Under the pieces are notes generated by a model. The model searched no databases and was not told the DNA's origin. It worked only from the letters and a program-made list of their open reading frames with translations. A program made the translations under genes and the position numbers. A DNA stretch of 64,000 bases from Rhabdothermincola salaria (GTDB lineage Bacteria; Actinomycetota; Acidimicrobiia; Acidimicrobiales; Acidimicrobilacustridaceae), in the NCBI RefSeq assembly GCF_021246445.1, contig NZ_JAJQXW010000001.1:1258168-1322167 (forward strand), in the 5' to 3' direction. Of the stretch, positions 18,380 to 27,142 are shown one piece after another. Every line of letters begins with the position of its first letter. The first letter of the stretch is position 1.

Positions 18380-20629
18380 TCACACCGTCCGACAGCCGAG
18401 CAGGACGTTGCCACCACCTCCGGCGACGTTGATCGCGTACACACACACCGGCACCGCCGAGCCCGGGGCCGGGAGCGTGCCCGCGTAGCCGTGGGCATCG
18501 CCGTAGCCGGGGAAGGCCGCTCCGACGTCGGGGCGCGGACGATCGGCTCGCAGCGCGTAGCCGGCCCCGCCGACGTAGACGTGCACGTCGGCGGCTCCGG
18601 TCGTGTCGGGGTCGATGGCCCAACCGGCGACGGCGATCCCCGAGGCGGTGCGGCGAACCACGTCGAGGGAGCCGAACGGGGAGCCCCCGACGACCGTCAC
18701 CGTCCGGCAGCCGAGGGAGACGTTGCTCCCTCCCCCGACGTTGATGGCGTAGGCGCACACCGTGGTGGGCCCTGCTCCGGTCTCGATCCGCGCCGAGTAG
18801 CCGTGCTGCGAGCCGTAGAGGGGGAAGGCGGCGCCGACGTCGCCACGGGTCCGATCGGCTCGCACAGCCACGCCGGTGGACCCGGCGTAGACGTGGACGT
18901 CGATCGCTGCGCTCGTGTCAGGATCGATCGCCCAGCCCGCGACCTCCACACCCCCCGAGACGGGGCGCACGACATCCAACGAGCCGAACGGCGGCCCCGT
19001 CGGGAGGGTGACGGTGCGGCATCCGAGCGCCTCCGGCGGTGCCCCCACCGAGCTCAGGCACACCCGGTGGGTGCCCCCCTCGGACGGGATCTGCACCGAG
19101 AAGCCCGCCGTGGCGCCCGCACCGGGCACCGATGCCTGCACGTCGGAACGGGTCAACGACGGCGTGAACCGGGCCCGCTCGACGCCGTTGACACGGATCA
19201 CGGCCTGGGCGGAGAGGTCGCCCTCGACGCTCATCCAACCCGCGGCCCTCAACGACCCGGGACGGCCGGTGACGACGTCGAGGCTGCCTCGCGGCGGGCC
19301 CAGCACGGTCACCGACCGACAGCCCAGCAGCACGTTGCTCGAGCCACCGACATCGATGGCGTAGGCGCACACGTCATGGGTCCCCACCGGGGCCGGCAGG
19401 ACGGCGTCGAAGCCGCGCCGGTCGCCCGTGCCGGGGTAGGCGCCGGCGACGTCGGCGCGCGGCTTGTTCGCCGTGATGGCGTGGCCCGAGGAGCCGATGT
19501 AGACGTGCACGGGGATGCCGGACTGCGTGTCCCGGTCGATCGCCCACCCCTGGACCCGGACCTGGTTGGGTCCCGGCGACCTGGCGGCGTCGAAGCTGCC
19601 GAACGGGACGCTGTTGCCGCAACTCCCCCGACCGAGGGTGCGGTCGCACAACGGTGCCGACCGCACCCAGGTCAGCGACGTCCGTGCGTTCCCCGTGATC
19701 GACTTGTGGGCGGTGATCCCGGTGTCGTAGCCGGTGTCGACGGGCAACCAGTAGCGGTACTCGCGACCGTTGTGGGACACCACGTAGAACGGCTCGGGCA
19801 GTGGCGTGACGCCTCCCGGCTTGGCCGGGTCGTACGAGCCGTAGCGCCATCCGGTGGACCCCTGGGCCCGCGCCGGGTCGACGTACCAGCAGGTCAGCGC
19901 CGTGCCGAGGCCCGAGATGTCGCAGGTGCGCTGCTCCATGCCCCCGTAGCGACCCACCCGGTCGTCGACGCTGACATCGAGCATCTCGGACTCGTACAGG
20001 TCCTGGTACAGGGCCTCGCAGTCCCAACCAGACCACGAGCTGCAGCCGTACCACGGTCCCCAGGCGTACGCCCGGCGAGCCGCATCCTGGTCGGCCACCG
20101 ACGAGGGCGGGTTGCAGTAGCGGAAGGCGATCGTGGTGGCCGCCTGTTGGGCGGCCTTCACCGAGTCGATGGCGTCGGCCGCCGTGAGGTTCCACCCGCC
20201 GGCCGAGTCGAACTGCCACATCCCCACCCCGGCCGTGAAGAAGGCCCCGACGTAGGGCCCGCTGGTCTGCCCGAACGCGAAGAGGTTCGAGTTGAGCGAC
20301 CACACGTTGACGTTGTCCCAGCGCCCGAGCGTCATGGGGGACGGGACGGGCCCGCCGGTCTCCGGGTAGGTGGGCACCATCATCATGGCGGCGAGCTCGG
20401 CCGACGTGAGCCCGGAGCACTTGGCATGGGCGTCGGCGGCCGCCCAGACGGCGTCGATCGGACCCTGGCCGTAGGTCCGGCCCGAAGTCGACGGCGAGAG
20501 CAGCGGGACGCACGCGCTCAGCACGAACGAGGCGACCAGCGCCAGCGAGATCGTCGACACCCGCCACGCTCGGCGGGTCGAAGAGAGGTGCGTGGGGTTC
20601 GCTCGTTGCGGACTCTTCGGAGTTGGCAT
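18380..20629 (-). CDS. putative lipoprotein with lysozyme-like N-terminal domain and four C-terminal ~100-aa repeats
   Basis: lipobox LSAC; PETGG...GVGMWQFD motif; same repeat as the GH25 protein. Confidence 0.7.
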   Translation of the reverse strand: MPTPKSPQRANPTHLSSTRRAWRVSTISLALVASFVLSACVPLLSPSTSGRTYGQGPIDAVWAAADAHAKCSGLTSAELAAMMMVPTYPETGGPVPSPMTLGRWDNVNVWSLNSNLFAFGQTSGPYVGAFFTAGVGMWQFDSAGGWNLTAADAIDSVKAAQQAATTIAFRYCNPPSSVADQDAARRAYAWGPWYGCSSWSGWDCEALYQDLYESEMLDVSVDDRVGRYGGMEQRTCDISGLGTALTCWYVDPARAQGSTGWRYGSYDPAKPGGVTPLPEPFYVVSHNGREYRYWLPVDTGYDTGITAHKSITGNARTSLTWVRSAPLCDRTLGRGSCGNSVPFGSFDAARSPGPNQVRVQGWAIDRDTQSGIPVHVYIGSSGHAITANKPRADVAGAYPGTGDRRGFDAVLPAPVGTHDVCAYAIDVGGSSNVLLGCRSVTVLGPPRGSLDVVTGRPGSLRAAGWMSVEGDLSAQAVIRVNGVERARFTPSLTRSDVQASVPGAGATAGFSVQIPSEGGTHRVCLSSVGAPPEALGCRTVTLPTGPPFGSLDVVRPVSGGVEVAGWAIDPDTSAAIDVHVYAGSTGVAVRADRTRGDVGAAFPLYGSQHGYSARIETGAGPTTVCAYAINVGGGSNVSLGCRTVTVVGGSPFGSLDVVRRTASGIAVAGWAIDPDTTGAADVHVYVGGAGYALRADRPRPDVGAAFPGYGDAHGYAGTLPAPGSAVPVCVYAINVAGGGGNVLLGCRTV

Positions 20630-20834
20630 GCAGACCTCGAGGGTGACGGCGCGCGCGACGCCGGGTCTCCGCCCGGCGCCAAGCTAGCAACCGTGCGCAC
20701 GCCAGAGGCGGAGGCCCAGCCCATTGCTCATCGGGCGTCAGCGGTCCGACCTTGAGGAAGCGGTCGCATCGTCGACAGTCGTCGGCGGCCGCCGACGGCC
20801 CGAGGCCGCCATGACCACCGCCTCAGCTCCGCGG

Positions 20835-22016
20835 TCAGCCGACGGCGGCCGGCACCGGGTGCGGGGTGCAGAACTGGTCGTACTCGGCGATGACGAGGTC
20901 GTCGGGATCGATCGAGCACGCCGGGCAGTTCGGGTCCCGACGGATCTTGTAGTTCATGAACGACTGGTCCGTGCTGTCGTAGGCCAGCAGCCGCCCGGAG
21001 AGGGACTCGCCGAGGCCGAGGAGAAGCTTGATGGCCTCCATGGCCTGGATGGAGCCGATGATGCCGGGCAGCACGCCGAGCACGCCGGCCACCGAGCACG
21101 AGGGGGCCAGCTCCGGCGGCGGGGGCACCGGCAGGAAGCAGCGGTAGCACGGCCCGTCGTGGGGCTTGAAGACCGTGGCCTGCCCCTCGAAGCGGAAGAT
21201 CGAGCCGTGCACCACCGGGGTGCCGGTCTTGAGCGAGGCGTCGTTGAGCAGGTAGCGGCTGGGGAAATTGTCGGCCCCGTCGACCACCAGGTCGTACTGG
21301 CTCAACAGCTCCACCACGTTCGACGCGTCGAGGCGCGTGTCGTGGGTCTCGACCTTGACGTCGGGGTTGAGCTTCTCGATCGTCTCGCGCGCGGAGTCGA
21401 CCTTGCGCATGCCCACCCGATCGAGGTTGTGGATGATCTGGCGCTGGAGGTTGGACTCGTCGACGACGTCCATGTCGATGATGCCGATGGTGCCCACCCC
21501 GGCGGCGGCCAGGTACAGCGCGGACGGCGCACCGAGGCCTCCGGCGCCGAGGAGCAGCACCTTGGCGTCGAGCAGCTGCAGCTGGCCCTCTTCGCCGACC
21601 TCGGGCAGCAGCAGGTGGCGTTGGTAGCGGTTGCGCTGCTCTGGGGTGAGGGTGCGGGGAGCGGACCAGGGCCGGTCCTGGTCCTTCCACTGGTTGAACC
21701 CGCCCGACATCGACACCACGTCGGTGTAGCCGAGCTCGGACAGCGTCTTGGCTGCGAACGCCGACCGCACCCCACCGGCGCAGAAGACGACCACGGGGGT
21801 CTCACGGCCGGGGATCCGGCTCTCGACCTGGGCCTCGAGGTGCCCGCGGGGGATGAACACCGCCCCGGGGATGGCGCCCTGCTCGAACTCGTCGGGCTCG
21901 CGCACGTCGAGGAAGACGGTCTCGGGTTCGGTGTCGCGCCGGGTGTCCGCCTCGGCCGGGGTGATCTCGCGGATCTGGGCCTTGGTGGCGGTGAGGAGGT
22001 CTCGGAAGGTGGGCAT
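20835..22016 (-). CDS. moeB: MoeB/ThiF adenylyltransferase with N-terminal rhodanese domain
   Basis: DVREPDEF and VFCAGGVRS (rhodanese); RYQRH, GAGGLG, SNLQRQ, CYRC, CPAC (E1-like). Confidence 0.9.
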   Translation of the reverse strand: MPTFRDLLTATKAQIREITPAEADTRRDTEPETVFLDVREPDEFEQGAIPGAVFIPRGHLEAQVESRIPGRETPVVVFCAGGVRSAFAAKTLSELGYTDVVSMSGGFNQWKDQDRPWSAPRTLTPEQRNRYQRHLLLPEVGEEGQLQLLDAKVLLLGAGGLGAPSALYLAAAGVGTIGIIDMDVVDESNLQRQIIHNLDRVGMRKVDSARETIEKLNPDVKVETHDTRLDASNVVELLSQYDLVVDGADNFPSRYLLNDASLKTGTPVVHGSIFRFEGQATVFKPHDGPCYRCFLPVPPPPELAPSCSVAGVLGVLPGIIGSIQAMEAIKLLLGLGESLSGRLLAYDSTDQSFMNYKIRRDPNCPACSIDPDDLVIAEYDQFCTPHPVPAAVG

Positions 22017-22090
22017 CGACATCGCCTTCGCAGGGGGGGTCGTGTCAGGGGCGACGACGACCGACGGATCCGGTGGAAGCAAAACCCTAC

Positions 22091-22888
22091 CTAGTTGGTC
22101 GACATTTCGCTACCCCCGTCGGAGCGGGGGGCGAAGAGCAGCGGGAGCACGTCGCTCGCCGAGCCCCTGACCACCACCGTGACGGCATCGTCGAACGGGG
22201 TGGGTTCGGCGTTCACGATCACCACGGGGCGTCCGAGCTCGAGGGCCAGCGGCACCATGCCCGCCACCGGATAGACATTCAGGCTGGTGCCCACCGCCAC
22301 CAGCACGTCGGCCTCGATGGCGGCGCGCTCGGCCCGGGCCAGATCGGCGGGCACGAGAGCCTGGCCGAACATGATCGTCGCCGACTTGAGGATCCCCCCG
22401 CAGGCCGCGCAGGGCGGGTCGGGCTCCCCCTGGCGCACCCGTTCGAGCACGGGACCCATGGGCCCCCGGTCGCCGCAACCGAGGCATTCGACGGCGTGCA
22501 CGGTGCCGTGCACCTCGACCACGTGGTCGGCGGAGAGCCCCGCCGCCGAGTGCAGGCCGTCGATGTTCTGGGTGACCAGCGTGTGCAGGCGACCCTGGCG
22601 AGCCAGATCCGCGACGGCGTGGTGTCCGGCGTTGGGCTCGGCCGCCCACATCTCGGACTCGAGGCGGATGCGCCAGGCCGCCTCCCGCACCGTCGTATCC
22701 GAGAGGTAGTGATCGATGGTCGATCGCTTCTCGGCGGCGGGGTCACGCGTCCAGATGCCGTTGGGCCCCCTGAAGTCCGGGATGCCCGAGTCGGTGCTGA
22801 TGCCGGCGCCGGTGAGCACGGCGACGCGTCGGGCACCGTCGAGGACCGCGCGTGCGGCGGCGAGGGCAGCGGGGTCGACCGGGTCCAT
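22091..22888 (-). CDS. NAD-dependent protein deacylase (sirtuin)
   Basis: TGAGISTDSGIPDFRG, TQNIDGLH, HG..CLGC..CAAC, GTSLNVYP. Confidence 0.93.
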   Translation of the reverse strand: MDPVDPAALAAARAVLDGARRVAVLTGAGISTDSGIPDFRGPNGIWTRDPAAEKRSTIDHYLSDTTVREAAWRIRLESEMWAAEPNAGHHAVADLARQGRLHTLVTQNIDGLHSAAGLSADHVVEVHGTVHAVECLGCGDRGPMGPVLERVRQGEPDPPCAACGGILKSATIMFGQALVPADLARAERAAIEADVLVAVGTSLNVYPVAGMVPLALELGRPVVIVNAEPTPFDDAVTVVVRGSASDVLPLLFAPRSDGGSEMSTN

Positions 22889-22902
22889 GGCTCGAGCCTG
22901 CC

Positions 22903-23859
22903 TCAACCGGCCGCGTCCTCCTCGGATCGGGGGGCGATGTGCTCGACGTCGGCATCGACCATGGCGCCGACGATGACCGCCAGGGCGCTGAGCAGCAGCC
23001 ACAGCATGAGCACGAGCACGGAGCCCATCGTCCCGTAGGTGGCCTCGAGGTCGGCGACCCGCGAGGCGTAGAGCGCAAGGCCCGCCGAGCCCAGCAACCA
23101 GATGGCGGTGGCCACGAGGGACCCAGGGCTGAACCAGCGCCAGCGGGCATCCTCGGCCGCCGGGGCGATCCGGTAGAGCACCGCCATGGCGGCCAGGAAC
23201 ACCAGGGCGACGAGCGGCCATCGCAGCCAGGCCACGACCGAGCCCAGCACGTCGCTCGCCTCCCGGACCAGCGGGGGCACGACCGTGAGGACACCGAACA
23301 GCACCGCCAGCAGGACCACGGCGCCGACGGCCATCCCCAGGGCGCGGAGCCGAGCCTGCACGAAGGTGCGCGGGGCCTCGCCGTACGCCGCCCGGACCGC
23401 CTTGGTGAGGTGGCCGATGCCGCTCGACGCCGACCAGAGGGCCACGACGAGGGACACGACCAGGGCCACACCGAGGCCGGTGGGTGACGTCTCGACGATG
23501 CGGTTCAGCTGGTCGTCGAGGAACTCCTTGCTCGCCTCGGGGAGGCCCGCGGCCAGGTTCTCCACCTGGCGGGCCACATCGCTTGGATCCGACACGAGCC
23601 CGTAGATGCTGACCAGGGCGACGAGCGCCGGAAAGACGGCGAACAGCCCGAAGAAGGCGACGCCGGCCGCCAGGAGCACGACGTTGTCGTCTCGGACCCT
23701 GCCCTTCACCCGCATGGCCACCGAGCGCCAGTCCGTGGACTCCTCCGGTCCCGTCGAGGCCGGGGCCGATCGCTCGTCCGCCGGACCGGGGTCCGCCCCG
23801 GCACGGGCGTCGGCGCGGTCGGGGGTCCGGGCGGAGGCGGCGGCCGGTGGCGATGACAT
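22903..23859 (-). CDS. YihY/virulence factor BrkB family membrane protein
   Basis: LAAGVAFFGLFAVFP, LWSASS, PGSLVA, TYGTMGSV motifs. Confidence 0.9.
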   Translation of the reverse strand: MSSPPAAASARTPDRADARAGADPGPADERSAPASTGPEESTDWRSVAMRVKGRVRDDNVVLLAAGVAFFGLFAVFPALVALVSIYGLVSDPSDVARQVENLAAGLPEASKEFLDDQLNRIVETSPTGLGVALVVSLVVALWSASSGIGHLTKAVRAAYGEAPRTFVQARLRALGMAVGAVVLLAVLFGVLTVVPPLVREASDVLGSVVAWLRWPLVALVFLAAMAVLYRIAPAAEDARWRWFSPGSLVATAIWLLGSAGLALYASRVADLEATYGTMGSVLVLMLWLLLSALAVIVGAMVDADVEHIAPRSEEDAAG

Positions 23860-23930
23860 GCCTCGCGTCTACCCCACCGATGGACCCCGTTGCCCGCCGG
23901 AAGAGACATCTCGGTGCATTTCGATCCCCC

Positions 23931-23959
23931 TTGACACACCAAGAACCATCTGGAACATT
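23931..23959 (+). promoter_or_regulatory. candidate sigma70-type promoter for the 24049 gene
   Basis: TTGACA (23931-23936), 17-bp spacer, AACATT (23954-23959) preceded by TG-n, in an AT-enriched intergenic stretch. Confidence 0.5.
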
Positions 23960-24048
23960 GACGTTCACCGAAATCCTCGGAACGCACCGACATGCATTTC
24001 GAGGTCGCCGCGGGCTGGACACCGCGGCGCTCTCACGAAGGAGGCGAC

Positions 24049-24906
24049 GTGCCCCACATGATCGATGCCGAGTCACCACTGCCCGTCCTCACCGTCGAAC
24101 CGTGGGCCGACCCCCTGGTCGACGAGCTCGGTGTGGACCCGAGAGCGCCGTACGTCGAGCGCTTCTGGCTGCCGGTCCTCGGCCCCTCGACCGTGTGGCT
24201 CCTGCGCCGAGTGGCCGACCGCCTCGACGCCGAGCCCGACGGCTTCCGCCTCGATCTGGGCGACACCGCCCGCTGCCTGGGGGTCGGGATGCGCGGTGGC
24301 CGCAACGCCCCGATCCTCAAGACCGTCGAACGGTGCTGTCGCTTCGGCGCCGCCCGGATGTTCGGCCACGACCACCTCTCGGTGCGCCGGCGGCTGGCTC
24401 CGCTCAACCGCTCCCAGGTCGAACGCCTCCCCGACTGGCTGCAGGCCGAGCACGCCGAGTGGGTGGCCCGCCCCTCCGAAGTGCCCGCCGTCGAGCAGAT
24501 GCGCCAGCGGGCCCGCCGGTTGGCCCTGTCGTTGCTCGAGTTGGGCGAGTCACCCGAGGCGTGCGAGCGCCAACTCCACGCCTGGCGGTTCCACCCTGCG
24601 GTGGCGTTCGACGCCGTGCGTTGGGCCCGATCGTCGAGCGACGTCGACGGGGCGGCTCCCCCGGCGCCGAGCCGCGAGCCGGCCACCGCGGTCGCTCGCG
24701 CCGCGATGGCCCGCGCCGAGAACCTCTCCACCCGCGTCGCCGCACCGCCGGCGCCCCCTGCACCCCGGTCGGCGCCGACCGACGACCCCACCCCCGGGTC
24801 ACGGTCGCCGCGACCCCCGCTGCCGAGGACCGTCCCGCCCCGGTCCTCGGCAGACGGCGGGTCGAGCGGGATCAGCCCCGGGACCGGCGGCGACGAGGCG
24901 GCGTGA
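24049..24906 (+). CDS. hypothetical protein, possible winged-helix DNA-binding domain plus Pro-rich tail
   Basis: AAGGAGG SD at 24038-24044; globular N-terminal ~185 aa (YVERFWLPVLGPS...LGDTARCLGV) and low-complexity C-terminus; start may be ATG 24058. Confidence 0.7.
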   Translation: MPHMIDAESPLPVLTVEPWADPLVDELGVDPRAPYVERFWLPVLGPSTVWLLRRVADRLDAEPDGFRLDLGDTARCLGVGMRGGRNAPILKTVERCCRFGAARMFGHDHLSVRRRLAPLNRSQVERLPDWLQAEHAEWVARPSEVPAVEQMRQRARRLALSLLELGESPEACERQLHAWRFHPAVAFDAVRWARSSSDVDGAAPPAPSREPATAVARAAMARAENLSTRVAAPPAPPAPRSAPTDDPTPGSRSPRPPLPRTVPPRSSADGGSSGISPGTGGDEAA

Positions 24907-26368
24907 AGGTGCGGGCCAGCTCCAGGAGCGTGCGCACCCCGTAACCGGTGCCGCCCTTGCTCCACTCGCCGTCGTCACCGTCGCCCCACCATGCGGTTCC
25001 GGCGATGTCGATGTGCGCCCAGGGGATCCCGTCGGCCACGAACTCGGCGAGGAACAGCGACGCGGTGATGGTGCCGCCGTCCTTGGTGGTCGAGATGTTG
25101 CGCAGATCGGCCACGGTCGACTCGAGCCGAGAGCGGTAGTCGGCGGGAAGGGGCAACGGCCAGATGCGCTCGCCTGCTCCCCCGGCCGCGGCCTCGACCT
25201 GATCGAGCCACACCTCGTCGTTGCCCAGCACGCCGGCGATCCGGTTGCCCAGCGCCACCTCCACGGCCCCCGTGAGGGTGGCCAGGTCGACGATCGCATC
25301 GGGCTCGCTCTCACTGGCCAGGCACAGGGCGTCGGCCAGGATCAGGCGGCCCTCGGCGTCGGTGTTGAGCACCTCGACCGTGGTGCCGTTGCGGATGGTG
25401 AGCACGTCGCCGGGGCGGGTGGCGTCGCCGCCGGTCATGTTGTCGGTCATGGGCAGGTACCCGAGGACGCGACAACGTGGTGCCACCGCCCGCAGGGCGG
25501 AGAAGGCCCCGATCACCGCGGCGGCGCCGCCCATGTCCATCTTCATGGTCATCATGCCTTCGCCCGACTTGATGGACAGCCCACCGGAGTCGAAGGTGAT
25601 GCCCTTGCCGACGATGGCGAGGGTGCCCCGGGGTCGCTCGGGTTCGTAGGCGAGCTCCACGAACCGTGGCTCCTGGTTCGACCCCCGGTTCACGCCCAGC
25701 AGCCCTCCCAGCCCTGCCTCGGCGATCTCGTCGGGGCCGAGGACGGTGACCTTGAGGTCCTCGCGCTCGGCGATCTCGACGGCGACCTCGGCCAGCATCG
25801 CCGGGGTGAGGGTGCCCCCGGGGGTGTTCACCAGGTCACGGGCCAGGCACTGGGCCTCGGCGATGCGAGCCCCCAGTTCGACCGCTGCCGCGGTCTTGGC
25901 CCCACCCTTGCCGATCACCACCACCCGCTCGAGGACCTCGGGGGTGGGCTCGGAGCGGAAGTCCACGAAGCGGTAGGCGCCGAGGCCGGCACCTTCGGCG
26001 ACGGCGCGGGCGGCCTGCGCCCGTTGCCCAGCGGTGACGTCGGCGTCGAGCACCTCGAGGAGGCGGAGGCCGAGTGAGCCGACCCGACGACCAGCGCGCA
26101 CGGCCTGGGCGGCCGCCCGGCGGAGGCGGTCGGCGTCGACCTCGGCCGCCGGCCCGACGCCGACCACGACCCGAGGCGGGCCCGACTCCGACCCCGGCAC
26201 CAGGGCCACCTGGTCCGCCGCCCCGGTGAACCCCTGGGCCGCCAGCAAGGTGGCGGGCAGCTCGTCCTCGCCCAGTCGCGGTTCCTCGGCGCCCTCGGTG
26301 GTGACGGCGACGGCGAGCAGGTCGAGCCCCTCGGGCACGTCGCGGCTGACCTCGATCACGGGTGGCAT
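24872..26368 (-). CDS. pepA: leucyl aminopeptidase (M17)
   Basis: VGKGITFDSGG, MKMDMGGAA, NTDAEGRLILAD, DLATLTGA, WAHIDIAG. Confidence 0.96.
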   Translation of the reverse strand: MPPVIEVSRDVPEGLDLLAVAVTTEGAEEPRLGEDELPATLLAAQGFTGAADQVALVPGSESGPPRVVVGVGPAAEVDADRLRRAAAQAVRAGRRVGSLGLRLLEVLDADVTAGQRAQAARAVAEGAGLGAYRFVDFRSEPTPEVLERVVVIGKGGAKTAAAVELGARIAEAQCLARDLVNTPGGTLTPAMLAEVAVEIAEREDLKVTVLGPDEIAEAGLGGLLGVNRGSNQEPRFVELAYEPERPRGTLAIVGKGITFDSGGLSIKSGEGMMTMKMDMGGAAAVIGAFSALRAVAPRCRVLGYLPMTDNMTGGDATRPGDVLTIRNGTTVEVLNTDAEGRLILADALCLASESEPDAIVDLATLTGAVEVALGNRIAGVLGNDEVWLDQVEAAAGGAGERIWPLPLPADYRSRLESTVADLRNISTTKDGGTITASLFLAEFVADGIPWAHIDIAGTAWWGDGDDGEWSKGGTGYGVRTLLELARTFTPPRRRRSRG

Positions 26369-26399
26369 GGGGGCTCCTGGAGCGACGGTGAGGGGCGGG

Positions 26400-26942
26400 T
26401 CAGGACGGCTCGACGGAGCGGGTGGGCACCGAGGTGCCCTCCTCCCATCGGGCGATGGTCCACAACAGGTCGGACAGCCGGTTGAGGTAGGGCACGACCG
26501 AGCTCCCCGGCACCGCGGCGGCCAGCGCGTCACGCTCGGCGCGGCGGGCGACGGTTCGGGCCACGTCGACCGATGCGGCCACACGGGTCTCTCCGGGCAC
26601 CACGAACTCGGTGGGTGGCTCGAAGCGCTCGCTGATCTCGTCGATCAGGCTCTCGAGCCGGCTCACCATGTCGTCGGTGACGAGGGTCTGGCCCTCGACC
26701 AGCCGGTCCCGCTTGGCGGGGTCGGTGGCCAGCTCGGCCATGAGCACCCAGAGGTCGCGCTGGATGCCGATGAGGAGGCCGGTGAGCTCTCCGTCGTCGG
26801 TCTCGGCTCGGGCCACCCCCAGCGATGCCTGCAGCTCGTCGACGGTGCCGTAGGCCGTCGGCGCCGCCGAGTCCTTGGGCACCCGCCCTCCGTAGAGCAG
26901 GCCGGTGGTTCCGTCGTCGCCGGTGCGCGTGTAGATCTTCAC
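26400..26942 (-). CDS. PduO-type cob(I)alamin adenosyltransferase
   Basis: KIYTRTGDDGTT, YGTVDEL, ARTVARRAER, YLNRLSD. Confidence 0.93.
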   Translation of the reverse strand: MKIYTRTGDDGTTGLLYGGRVPKDSAAPTAYGTVDELQASLGVARAETDDGELTGLLIGIQRDLWVLMAELATDPAKRDRLVEGQTLVTDDMVSRLESLIDEISERFEPPTEFVVPGETRVAASVDVARTVARRAERDALAAAVPGSSVVPYLNRLSDLLWTIARWEEGTSVPTRSVEPS

Positions 26943-27142
26943 GTTCGCCGACACTACCGACCCGGCGGTGCCGACCCGGGCTCGGGCCTCGTCTCGGAAG
27001 GGCTCGGCGGGACTCGCACCGTTCCGGAGCACCGCTGCTAGCGTGGGCCGCTGCCTCGAGCTGTCCTGATGGGGAGGGCGTGTTCGCCCCGGCTCCGGCG
27101 ATGATGGAGATCCGTCTTCGACGCGCCAGGAGTACCCACGAG

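Noticed and set aside
23953..23966. LexA/SOS box GAAC...GTTC
   Set aside because: Spacer is 6 nt, not the 4 nt of the Gram-positive GAAC-N4-GTTC box
26943..27142. Cobalamin or SAM-I riboswitch between the adenosyltransferase and metH
   Set aside because: B12-box and SAM-I core motifs were not found; kept only as an unassigned leader
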